This document shows, piece after piece, positions 39,363 through 52,350 of a stretch of DNA of 64,000 nt (its first letter is position 1; every line of letters begins with the position of its first letter). The stretch spans positions 11,470,001 to 11,534,000 of the forward strand of contig OZ234494.1 in the NCBI GenBank assembly GCA_965153455.1. The letters are read 5' to 3'. The notes beneath the pieces are model-generated. The model made no database searches. It was not told the DNA's origin and worked only from the letters and a program-made list of their open reading frames with translations. The stretch comes from Sphagnum compactum (taxonomy: Eukaryota). The translations under genes and the position numbers were made by a program.

Positions 39363-39686
39363 TAGTACCTTGGCAGATTCGGCATTTGTGTTGCCGAATA
39401 ATTATTTTAATTATTTTAATTTTTAATTTGGCACCCAAGTTTTTAATTTTTGAAATTTTCAATAAGAAGTAATAAAGTCATTGTACATCCATTTATTTTT
39501 AAATAATGTTTGCTACTTTTGTGTTCATGTCATTCTAAATTACTCTCTTTACTTTTGGAGGTTTTGGTGATCAAACTCAACTGCCCTTTTTGCCCTTTAA
39601 TATATAAAAAATTATTTCATAATAATTGACTAATAATTCCTGAAAATTTTGGCAAATACTTTATGCCGAATTTTGCCAAGGTACTA
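39363..39686. mobile_element. ~324-bp MITE with ~22-bp TIRs (TAGTACCTTGGC family) upstream of FAHD1
   Basis: Left tagtaccttggcagattcggca; right tgccgaattttgccaaggtacta (reverse complement tagtaccttggcaaaattcggca). Confidence 0.8.
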
Positions 39687-40056
39687 TGGTACTTATGTCA
39701 TTCTAGTAGAGGAGATTGTATGATTGTTTAAATCTCCAATTTGTTGCTACTAATGTTTTGTAGTTTCTAATTCATTGGATGCTTAAAGTGAGTAGTAGCA
39801 TGTCGACTTTTGGTTCTTCCTTTTCCAAAACATTTAATTTGTGCATTTTAGTAGGATCGTTTGATTGCTTAAACTAGCAAATTGATTGCCAATTTTATTA
39901 AGTGGGTTTTTGTTCATTCAAATTTTTATCACCTTATTGCACTCACCTTTTTTAGAAATAAAAATAAAAAACACATAGGTTTGCACTTGGATTTTACAAT
40001 GCATTATTTAGTTTAGAAGCTTCAAAAAAAATTGATTCACGATGAGCTTTTTTCTA

Positions 40057-40209
40057 CAGTACAACAAAAAGTGTCCATGTACGCCAAGTGATTTCACTGG
40101 ATTTTGAATGAATTCACTGGTTTAAGTGAACGGGACCAATGAAAAAGTAGTGAATTCATTGGTCTAGTGAACGAAGATTAGTGAACTACACCCACATTTT
40201 GTAGTAGTG
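40057..40209. mobile_element. 153-bp non-autonomous CACTA (En/Spm) element
   Basis: Ends CAGTACAACAAAA and TTTTGTAGTAGTG (reverse complement CACTACTACAAAA); 3-bp direct repeat CTA at 40054-40056 and 40210-40212; internal subterminal repeats agtgaa/ttcactgg. Confidence 0.8.
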
Positions 40210-41992
40210 CTACTTTTCTTTCATTTTGAAGTGTTTTTTTTATCTTCCTAGGTGATTGTTGTTCCTTTGCACCCCCTTTTGGTTATTTGCAATTGATCAC
40301 CCCTTAAAGCTCATCAGATTTTTGAATTTGTGTTTTGCATCTTAGTTTCTTATTTTCTCCTAGGTTTAAACTTTCATTCTTTGCATAGATTTTTTTCTAA
40401 TGAAGTAAGTTTGTTGAATTTAAAAAGCACCTACAAACTTAGGATTTAAAACATCCCACTATTAATTTGTTAATTTCATTTCATTCATAGATCCTTCATT
40501 TGTAATTCATAACTAATCATTGTGGTCACATGTGGGTTTTTTTGTGCCCATGAACACCTTCAACCCACATCATGAAACACAATATTCAAAGTCAAAAATA
40601 TGAAATGTGCAAGAAAATACAATGTGAAATACAACTTTATTTTGATAATGCATGAAACATAAACATGAAATGAAAGAAACAAAGTTATGGTGCAAGTCAT
40701 ATTTCTAACGTTGAATAAATTGAATGTAACGAAAGGAACCATCTCAATTTATCGAATTGGTAGGTAACATGTTTTTATGTCCAAGAAGGTGAAAATAATG
40801 GTAAAAATCATGTTTTCTAACTTAGCAATTAAGAGGTTAAAAAACTTAGTGCACTTATTAATTATTATTAAAATTTTAAAATATTTAGGTTGAGATTGTA
40901 AAACCTTTTTTTCTATAATTAATTATTTTGGCCAAATATGTTGATTATCAATCATGGGTATGGTATAACATAGAAACAATATGTTTCTTAGAAAGCTAAG
41001 TTATTTGTAGTTTGAAATGAAGTTTTGTATAGAGTTTTGACTAGATCATCATTTTTTCCTTTGTTTACAACTAGAAAAAATACATATTTTCTTCAAGAAA
41101 CTTCATGTAAGAATCACATGAAAACAATTATTGTTAATGTAACATTGAGAAAGGTGTTAAACAATGGGTACTAATGGCCAATTTTGAAATACATAGATGT
41201 TGATTTTTGTAAAACATGTGTTCAATGTTAACTAACTAGAAATTCAACCACATAAAGTTGGGTTAAATTAGTCATTAGACTTTAGCATAATAATTGTTTA
41301 TGAAGTAGGGTTAGATTTCCTGGTACCCGTTAAATATGCACAACAATATACCAACATGGCAAACCCATCCTTGAGTGGTACCACTAGGAACCACCTCAAG
41401 GAATTCCCTAACAAACCAAAAGTGGCCAAATCATTTATGTGGACCCTTTCCTTGAAATGTTTTCACAACTATAACCTTTTTTTTTCTCATGTTTATCCAT
41501 TGCATGTTTTAATATATGGTTTGAAATATATTTTGGAAGTAAAAAGTGAAAATTGTTAAAATTTTGTATTCCTAATAGAAATGGCCCCTTAAGGATTTAA
41601 CATCTTTAATTTTGGAAATTCAAAATTAAATTATACTTACTCAATTAATTTCCTAATAAAAAAATAAAAATAAAATGACCTCAAAATTGCCTTAAAACAA
41701 ATTTCTCAAATCATGTTTCAAATTTGTGTTTTTGACCAAAAAATTCAAGGAAAGGATCCACCAACGTAACATTCCTAAATTTTTTTCTAAATGCAATGAT
41801 TAGAAGCATCAAAATATACAACATTCTTGACATTATTGGAATTTCAAAATCTATGAAACCTAATAAATGTACTCATTAAAAGAATATGAAAATATTTATT
41901 TAAATGTTTCCTATAAATTTTTTAAGTTCAATGGGTCCAAAAAAATTAAGGTGTGACATTCCTAATGGTATCACACGAGGATATGTTTGCCC

Positions 41993-42247
41993 AACAATTG
42001 GTACATTTTGGTGGTAACCAATCATGCCAGCAAATGGGTGGAAGCAATTACTTAGAGGACAAACATTAATATTGCGACAACTACAAAATAATCCCCAAAT
42101 GAATACATTTCCCTCGTTTTGACCACCATTTTGACAATTGTAACTAATCAAGGTGCACATTTCATCAATGAGCTAACAATTCGATACCTTGTCAAACATT
42201 TTTTATTGTGTCATACTAGCCCAACACCGTACTACCCACACGATAAT
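41993..42247 (+). mobile_element. Ty3/Gypsy integrase core fragment (decayed)
   Basis: NNWYILVVTNHASKWVEA...LTIVTNQGAHFINE...YLVKHFLLCHTSPTPYYPHDN resembles the rve consensus YILVAxDYxTKWVEA...IVTDQGxHF...TxYYPQxNG. Confidence 0.75.
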
Positions 42248-43429
42248 ATTGAAAACTTGCTAATTTGTTTTTTTAAAATCTCCCATTGAATGGACACATT
42301 CTTCCTAGTTCCATAACAAGTTTTCACATGTAATGCTTTTAATTATCCTTGTTCAATTCAATGTGATATAACATGTCCCTTTCTTAAGTTCATGTTTTCA
42401 CTCTTTACATTCTAACTCCTCTCCAATCAAAGTTGTTTTGCTCTACCATTAAACTACATTCTAAAACACATGCAATGTGCAACCATCAATTGTAGCGAAC
42501 ATTGGGGCTATTACCCTCCAATCAACTTCGTTCTACTCTACCACTAAGTTACATCTTAGGATGCATGCAATGTTCCACCACTAATTGTGACAAACATTGG
42601 GGCTAATATTAAATGTACATAAATAAGTGATCGAGAAATCACTTATGTATTAAATATCGAGTAATGAAAACAAAGAAAACAATAAACCCAAATATAACCT
42701 ACACAACTCTCTCAAGTTCCCAAACACTTTCAATATTGACAAATAAATTATCTCATTAACTTTTGACATTTCAAGCATGCAATTTCTAGAAAATTTCAAA
42801 TTTAAAAAAAAAAAAAAACACATATTTACCAACAAACCTAAAAAGGGTACTAAAAAAAAAGATTATACCATTCTTCCCACATTGATTTTAAATCATTCCC
42901 AAACAAATTGGTGAATTTTTTAATAAAAAAAATTCAGCTAACCTTAGAGGCTCAAACTTAACCCAACACCCAAAAAGCTGACCTTACTTTTTGGCTTTTG
43001 AATTTGCAAGTTCCTTACAAAGTACATAGTCTATGAGGCACACCTTTCAAAAACCTAATCTTCATGGTAGGCTTTTTTTGGAGGCACACTTTCCCATTCA
43101 AGAATCTCTAAGGGGCCCCCCCCTCTAAAGGTGCCCAAATTTCAAAATTAGGTCTAGTTTTTATATTTTAAAAAATTAACTAGGAGAAGGGTAGGGCCAA
43201 TTTCATTGTTTTTTAGGTGCATTTCTATTGCCCTAATTCTATTGCCTTCAAACAAAGGAATGCCTTCTAAACCCTTCTTCGCCTATAATGAATTTTGGAG
43301 ATTTCAATTTGCTCACATGGAAGACAAGGCTCCTCCTACTTACATCCTTTGAAAGAACAAGACATTTTGTGTGCAAATGTAATGAACTTTTTTTTTTTTT
43401 TGGGGTTTTAGTTGTTTAAAATCTTTAAA

Positions 43430-43865
43430 AAGTGTTGAAATTTTTGCCTAATAAAACTTTGGACTTATTGTTTCCAAATTTTTTATCTTTAATGTGTTTA
43501 ATGTTGGGTTTAATGAATTTATTGTTTTCAATTTATCTCAAATGTGTGTTTTAAATTGTGTCCAAATCAACTTCTTCTTTTTTGTTGTTGCAAATTATCT
43601 CAAATGTTCAAATTTTGTATTTAATGAACTTGTTGTTTTTAGATTATCTCAAATTCTGAAATTTCATCTAATGAATTTTTGTGGCAAATTTATCTTAAAA
43701 TGCTTTGAAATTTTATGTAAGGAAATTTTGTTTGAAATTGTATCTAAAAATATCTTGAAATTGTATCTAATGAACTTTTGTTGCAATTTATCTCAAAAAT
43801 GTGTTGAAATTTTGTGTCCAATGAAACTTATTATTTTCAATTTGATTTCAAATGGGTTAAAAATT
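43430..43865. repeat. Degenerate AT-rich ~45-50-bp tandem repeat
   Basis: Recurrent ttgaaattttgtatctaatgaacttttgttgcaatttatctcaaa-like units. Confidence 0.65.
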
Positions 43866-44562
43866 TCCACCTTGAAAGGAAATGGGGGTTTTGACATCCC
43901 GCCTAATCCACCAATTTGGATGATGACCTAATTTTGAAATGGATGATTTTTGGACAATTTTGGCCCTTGGGGCAGTTCTTTGGTTCTGGGCTTTTGAAAA
44001 AAATTCAGAAAAAAAAAAAAAAAAACCTGCACTTTAGGGTTTTTTGACCCAAAAAAAATCAAAGAACCGGTGGTTCAGGGTAGGTTATTTCACCGGTTCT
44101 TTAATCTTTGAGAATTGTGGTTCCATCTCGGAACCGGTTCTTTGGTTGATTTTAATAACCCGACCCTTCCCCTCCCTTTCCTTCCTTGAAACAAAGAGAA
44201 CCACCCGACAATGATACCCATATATGATATATATCCTTTACCGTACCCTAGGGTTAAGCTTCCACATTGATAAAAACAAGTTTTTTTTTTTGTTTTTCCA
44301 AAACATCACTAAATATGATAATAAATAATTTCTTTTAATAAAAAGAGCATCTTGCAACAAATAAATTCTCCCTATATATATATATATAAATATTTTTACA
44401 TATTTTTAATTTAATTTAATTCCCCCCCCCCCTTCTCTCTCTCCTCTCTATTATTTGCCCAAAATTCCCCACCCAAAAAAGAAAAAAAAGGCTGAGACCC
44501 TAAAGGCAAGGCAATGTGGGAGATATAACCGGCGGGTACATACAGCAGTCCAAATGTCCAAT

Positions 44563-44609
44563 CAGAGAGAGAGAGAGAGAGAATATATATATATATATAT
44601 ATATATATA
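44563..44609. repeat. (GA)n(AT)n microsatellite in the GT-1 promoter region
   Basis: Read directly from the sequence. Confidence 0.9.
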
Positions 44610-45051
44610 CCCGGGCGGAAAAGAGGAGGCCTCCAACATACATACTAGTAAGTTGAAAGTGACCACTCACAGGGCGCAACAAGAAACGTGAAGAAAACAA
44701 ACGAACCAAACGACCAAGAACCATTTCTTCTCACAAATTCTGAAACTCTTCTTTTCGCAGTGAGAAAAGAATTTTTCCCGTCTTCGGAGGAGGAGAAACA
44801 GAATCGCAATAACTTCCAGGCACGCTGCAAAAGGACGTTGGTAAAACAATCATTTTGTTTGTTTTGTTTTGTTTTGTTTTGTTTGTTGTTTAGGAAATGG
44901 TCTTCACTGCGACTTTGGTTGGGAATTGAAGTCCGCAGGAATTTTTTTTTTCCCCCCTCCTCCCCGCCCGTTCCTCCTCCTCCTCCTCCTCCTCCTCCTC
45001 CTCTCCGTCCCCTTCACCCCCCCGGCCCTCCCCTTCCAAAAACCCTAAAAT

Positions 45052-48000
45052 ATGTATGAAGGCGAGACTCGGTGGCGTGGAAGTGTCGATGGTGATCGAG
45101 AGCAACAACAGGTACGTACAAATTTTCCCTGCCACTGCTAAACTTAGCTTTTATGTTTGGTTTTTTGTTTTGCTTTGTTTGTTTGTTTTGTTTTTCGTTT
45201 TGGGGTTTCAGTTTCTGTCATGGTTGCAATCGGTGGGTTTTTTGTCATAGTTGCAATCGATGGGTTGTCGTCATCATGATTGCTCTCAATGGCGACATGG
45301 GTGCAATGGGTAGGGTTTTATGGCATGGTTGCAATGGGTGGGGTTTTCTGTTATGGTGGGGGGAATTGTAAGATATAAGGTCTGAAGAGCTTGTTTCTTT
45401 TCTGTGGGGGGGTGGGGGGGAGAAAATTGTTGGGATAGAGATAGCAGCAGCAGCAGTGTGGGTGATTTGGGGGAATGTATGGTGGCTGAGTGTCTGTTGG
45501 AGGCATGGGCAACTATTCAAGCAATTTGAGAGGTTTTTGTAGAAGAGAGAAGTGGTGTAAATTTGGTTCTTTTGAAGTTTCTGGAATCACATTGGCCAAC
45601 ATACAAGAGCAGCTCGGCACCCAGTTTATAAACTTGATTGATTGAGGTAGTGTTGAATTATGTTGCACCGTACCAACACAGATATCAGCATCACCACATC
45701 AACTACTTATTGGGGATGGTGAGGACCAAGACACCAAGACACCCAAAAAGAGGGCTGAAACATGGATTCAGGATGAGATCAAAGTGTTGATAGCATATCG
45801 CAAGGAGATGGAAAGTCTGTTCAACACATCTAAAAGCAACAAGCATCTGTGGGAGCAAATCTCTCGTAAAATGAAAGAGCATGGATATGATCGCTCCGCC
45901 ACAATGTGCACAGACAAATGGCGAAATCTGCTGAAGGAGTACAAGAAAGCTAAGGCTCATGATAAGGGCACATCCAAGGTGGCATTTTACAAAGACTTGG
46001 AGGAGATTCTTGGTGAGCGGGCCAAGTCCATCCCCTACCGAAGCCCTGCTAAGCCAGGCATGTTGCATCTGTCAACCAAAGGTAAGTACAGACAGAGTGA
46101 AGATGAGAGGAATTCTTACATGTATCACTCTTTTGATGCACATTTCACCCAGTCATCATCATCAAGAAGATCTCAAGATCACAATGCAGAAACAGATGGA
46201 AGTGCAAACCAAGACTGAAATGTGCATTACAGTATCATTGAGTTTTGTTGTGGTTGTTTTGGTTTTGTCAGAACACACACAACCATTACCTTCAACATGC
46301 TGTCTACAATCTCATAGGCATTCAGTCTGCATGCTGTATCTAGCACTGACAGTTTAGGGTTTAGGATAACCGGTATTGCATTTTTGACATTGGGTAATGC
46401 AAATCAATCAAAACTGTTGGCTAATGCTTTTTGGTATCCCTATACATCATGGTCTTAATCACTCTGTTCTGTCTCGTTGTTCATCTTTATTCTTTAGGTT
46501 TATTGCAAAGGTTTTGAGTCTCTAATGGCTGGAATTCTGCTGCATATACTCTTCAAAGCTTTTTCTCCCTGTTGTTGGTATTTTGCTGTGAGATCCAGGC
46601 TAGGTTATTGCAAGGTGATTGAGTAGTCCACTGTATGAACAACTGTCTTTATCAGCAGAATGTTGACCTATGTGATGATCCTTAAGGTTCATACATGTCA
46701 TATCATAACGTTGTGGGTGAGACTCACAATATTATGCCTGCAGTTTTCTTGTTGCACGTGTTTTGGTTTGGCCAGAACAGACATAATGATTACCTTCAAA
46801 GTGTTATTCTGAAGTTTTTTTCTGCAATCTCATGTCTGTTGGATCATAATCCATCAAAATCGCTCCATGAAAATTGCATAGTGTATGCTACTCAATAGGT
46901 TCTGTGGTGGCCCCTCTTCCTGTGGTCTTGTATCAGATGGAGAGGGTCTTATGTTAGGCAAATGGGATGTTTATCGGTTCCTATTTCCCATGATGGAAAT
47001 TAGCATATATGTTTATGGAGCTTGTCAAATGGTGGTCAATTGAATGCATTGACCTGAAGTCTGTGGGGAGTAATGGCAGCTAGCAACCGTCATTTGTGCT
47101 TCTGTTTCTCTTTACCATTCAGCATACAACTCCATCTCTGTGCATGTATTGGGAGGGTGATTATTCTAAGATTTTTGTGCCAAGATATGGAGCTGTCCTC
47201 CATTTCTATGTCCTTTGAGTATATTGATCTTATTTCATTTTTTGTAGCACCATCTCATCATGATCTTTGATTTCTATCAGCTCCATTTATCAGGGAGCTC
47301 TAATGTGCTGGACATGTATCCTCATGTTGTGGGTGGTCATGACATGGTAACCACTATCACTTGGACATAGTTACAAGATGACCAGCTGGTATAGAATGAG
47401 TCTTAAATGGTAGCTGGAAGGGACTTTGGGTTTCATAGTTGTGATGCCATTATTGATCTTCCTCTTCTGGTAGTGACTGTTGTTTGTGAGCAGACAGACT
47501 TGATCATCAGCATGGGGCTTGTGATGGCAGGATCTCCCAGACTGAATCTGGAGCATCAGTTAGACCATGATGGGCATCCAACAACCCTCTCATCAGGTGA
47601 TGGAATTGGTCCAACTTTTGCACCAAACGGGGTTCCACCGTCTTGGAGTTGGAGAGAAACAAATGCTACTGGTAAATTTGTACAGCTACTTCTGTTTAGT
47701 CAATCCCAGCCACGTGTGGGCACTGTGGTTTTGGCAGTAGATATAATGCATTCCTATATCCATTCATAGAGACTGTACTGCAGGATCTTCTTAGGGAAAT
47801 GTCCTTCAACCTGTGGAGCTGCAAGTTGATTCTATAAGACTGTCCAATAGACCTTTGAGTTGAAGGTGCTGAGGATTCATTTGCTGCCTGCATGAAAAAG
47901 GAAACTGGGATGTAGGAAAGGAATCTAAGAGTTCATCACAATCTTTCCTCTGTCAAATTGTTCCAGCTAGGTGCACTTGCTTGTGAATCAGATCTTGGTT

Positions 48001-48892
48001 GTAGTAATTTTATATAGCTGATATTCTGGGTATGCTTCTTCATGAGAACTGTACTCTTTATGCAAAAGTCTCTCTTATTTTCCTAATGCACAAGCCTAAA
48101 CCTAGATCTGTGAGTTTTTTTTTGAGGGGAATGAATGAACTGCATCTGTCCTGGTGCATTGCTGTGACTGTTTTCATGAGATATTGATATGTCTGTCAAA
48201 GAGGTGGAGCAAATGAAGTGTGAGGAGATACTAGCTAAAAAAATAAGACACTTCAAAAAAGTTTCAATTGGTCAATCTGGTGAGTGTTGCAGGTCAGGAT
48301 CACCAGTCAAAGATTATTGTAGTAAAGTTTGGGGATATCACACGGAAGATTAGAGTGGATGGCCCTTTTGAGTCAATCAAGGAGACAATCAAAAATGCAT
48401 TTGGCCTTCGGACAAAGCGGCCATTTTGGTTGGAGGATGATGAAGGTGTGGTGCAGCCTTTGAGTCAGGAAATGGCTTCTACCCAGTATTCTCTCAATCT
48501 GGACCCAGGCATGTACCCTTCCTGTATTTTCATAAATAGAGGATATTTGTTTGGCAATCAAACAACATTCATTGACAAGGAATAGTGGTGATCACATTGC
48601 AAAATGTTCAATTGTTCAATGCTGCAAAATATCCACATGAACTGTGAGAAAACTGATCTGTTCTCTTGGCTTTTGGTTGTTGAGTCCAGGGTTGTTAGTG
48701 AAGGTGTGCTTGTATGATGAGTCTGGGATCCCAACAGGCAGCACCGAGAACAGAACACTGTATTCTGATGAGGATTTTAGCAACTTCCTCATGCGGAGGG
48801 GCTGGCAAGGTTTTCGGGAGATGGGAACCTTCAGGGACATATACTCCATTGAAGATATGCATCCAGGAGCTGTATACCAACGGGCACCATGA
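45052..48892 (+). CDS. GT-1: Trihelix transcription factor of the GT-1 clade, ~339 aa. Exons 45052-45111, 45682-46081, 47531-47671, 48293-48508, 48690-48892 (last intron GC-AG)
   Basis: [12 protein letters not shown]...[19 protein letters not shown]...[21 protein letters not shown] (trihelix); [13 protein letters not shown]...[13 protein letters not shown]-terminal [10 protein letters not shown]...[16 protein letters not shown]...[15 protein letters not shown]. An extra small exon in the 1.4-kb intron cannot be excluded. Confidence 0.92.
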
Positions 48893-50922
48893 TGGGTGCT
48901 ACTTGAGTTCCTGGAATGTGCCTGGTGTGTGTGTAAAGGAGACAAACAGAGAGAAAAATACACAATTGAACTTAAAAAAGATTTGAAGCCATTGCTAATC
49001 AAGCAAAGGCAATACCCATTTGTACACTAAAAGCATAGTGTGGTTAGTGGTGTTGTTTGAGGTTAGGCTTTATGCAGTGCAGGCTCTTGATGTGTACAAG
49101 GTACTGAAGGGGGCTTTACTCTTGAAGGGGCTTTACTCTTGGGCAAGTGTGGAGCTGTGTTAACCATTCACAACTGAGGTAAATTTTGACCAAGCACATT
49201 GCTTTCATGGAACAAACTTGTCAGTTTTAAGATTCAGCTGCTGTTCACTTCTAGGCCTGTGATGCCAGCTATGTTGCCATCTATGGCAGCTAAGGATGGC
49301 TGTTTCACTTTGGGACTGTTCTTTTCACTATGAAAGTACACTTCCATTAGCAGGCGCATTTGATTTTTGCAGAATTCATGAATGCTACTTCCAGACATTG
49401 AGTGTACATTTCTTGTGGCATTTAAAAATTGTTTCTCTAACCATGAAATGATAGCTTAAAGAACTGGAGATTTTGTTTTCAGCTGTAGATGTTGAACAAC
49501 GGTTCTTAGATTGGCTCTTCAATGCCAATGTAGTCATCTCATGTATAAAGTAAGTGATATGAAATTCATGTATAAAACAGCAATTAAGTTGGTACCACTG
49601 GATTTCAGTTCTCACCACAGCTCAAGTGTCGGCCGCTGTTATGCAGAGACACCTCACCTTGACATCCTAGATGTACAGAACCGCATTATGGGATTTTGGA
49701 AAGAGATTTAATTTTGGATAGTAGGCTACTGGATCATAGTAGTTAGATTAGTATTTGTGCTTCATGTGCTGTTCCTTTATGTTAAAAGTTTACATGAGAT
49801 CTTTTGAGTGCTCCGGGCAGTGCATCTGGCCATTTCATCTCTGGTTCATAAACATGAGAAGCAGGGAACTGATACTTACTTTCCAGAGAAACCCATTTTC
49901 CAAATGCTTTCAGAAGTGAACTTTTTTTGGTGATAGTTCCTGATCTTGATGATCTAGCTATTTTTGCAATACATGTGAAGGCAAAACAAAAATGCTAGTT
50001 TTGCCTTACCCAGGGACCCAAAGTGGTTGTCCACTTCAAAGTGGCAATTGTCATTGTTAACTCTGCAAATGTCAATACCGCATTCATATGTCCACATGGT
50101 TAAACCTATAACATCACACTGCAGATAATTGAAATACCACTTGATTCCAAACTTTTAAAAACATGTCCATGACTGTTTTTCCTCTAGCAGTTGAATAAGT
50201 CAGTCCTTTTGTTTGCCAATAATTGGACACTTGTTCAATCTGATTGTTGACCCATAAACTACACAGATTGAATTGCTTCACATTTAATTATACCACTCTT
50301 CAAAAGCAAGAATGCTTGAGTAAAGCTTTGCAGGCAGATGTAAAGAACAATATCTTCACAAGTTACTCATGCATAACAACAATCACTTCACAAGTCAGTC
50401 AAGTAGAAGAACAATCCTTCACACAAGTAGAAGGACATCGTTTTCACAAGTAGGATAGGTAGGAATTGGTTAAACAATCCGTTCTTTTACAAGTGGGATG
50501 AGGAAAAAAAATTGTTTTACAAGGAGGTCAAGTAGAATGGAACTTCAAGGTGCATCTACAATTGCGCGACAATCTCCTCTCAAATCCCTTAAGCAAGTTC
50601 ACAAAACACAACACAAACTCAAGCTTTCCCATTAAGCACAATGACCCATTGAAAAGAAAACAGTAGGAAAGTGAAACACCCCACTCCAAATTCAATATCC
50701 AACCAGCCAGGATTGATGACAAAGGAAGCCTTCAGCAAATTACATAGCATTTATTGATTCAGGACACTCTGTACTGTCACTTTTCACTGTGAAAACGTGC
50801 AACAAGTGTTCCTGGAAAAAGAACCATGCAACTTGCAAGGGCTACAACAGACCGATATATCTGGTCAACAAACTTCAGTACATATACCGATCATCAGCAA
50901 TTTGGAACACACAAGATGGGAA

Positions 50923-51855
<933 letters not shown>

Positions 51856-52063
51856 TCAGATATTCTCGTACAGACTTCGAAACCGAGAAATTATCAGGAA
51901 AGGTATGAGCAGAAAAAGAAATCTCGACAGCAGATCGCTCGACACAAGCTTGCCGTTCACTAGAGACAACGCAAACAGAAACCCTTGGGCACGGGGGCAA
52001 CGAGAGAGCAACAAAAAGGAGAACAAAAGAGATTGTGGGAAGCAAAGGGTGCGAAGAGCGTTT

Positions 52064-52350
52064 CTTTATACACGCAGCGGGATCACGTTGTTTCCTGCCC
52101 ATCTGCCCGAGTCACGGCGGGTGCGGGACCGGGTGCGAGACCGGGTGAAGCAGCCCTCAGGCGGTTACCGTCGGAGATTAGTTGCAAAAAGGTGTTGGAA
52201 TTTTCGAGACCTCGAATTTTTTAAATGTGCGAACGAATTTGACGAGACCTCGATTCTTTTGCGTGTGTGAAACGAGTTCGACGAGACCTCGTTTTTTCGG
52301 GGGTGTGTGTGGACGATTTCGACAAGACCTCGATTTTTTTGGGTGTGTGG
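52064..52350 (-). promoter_or_regulatory. Polyubiquitin promoter: TATA box plus repeated HSE-like motifs
   Basis: TATAAAG on the minus strand at 52070-52064; GAAttTTCgaGAC at 52198-52210; ttcgacgagacctcga-like motif four times at ~40-bp spacing. Confidence 0.6.
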
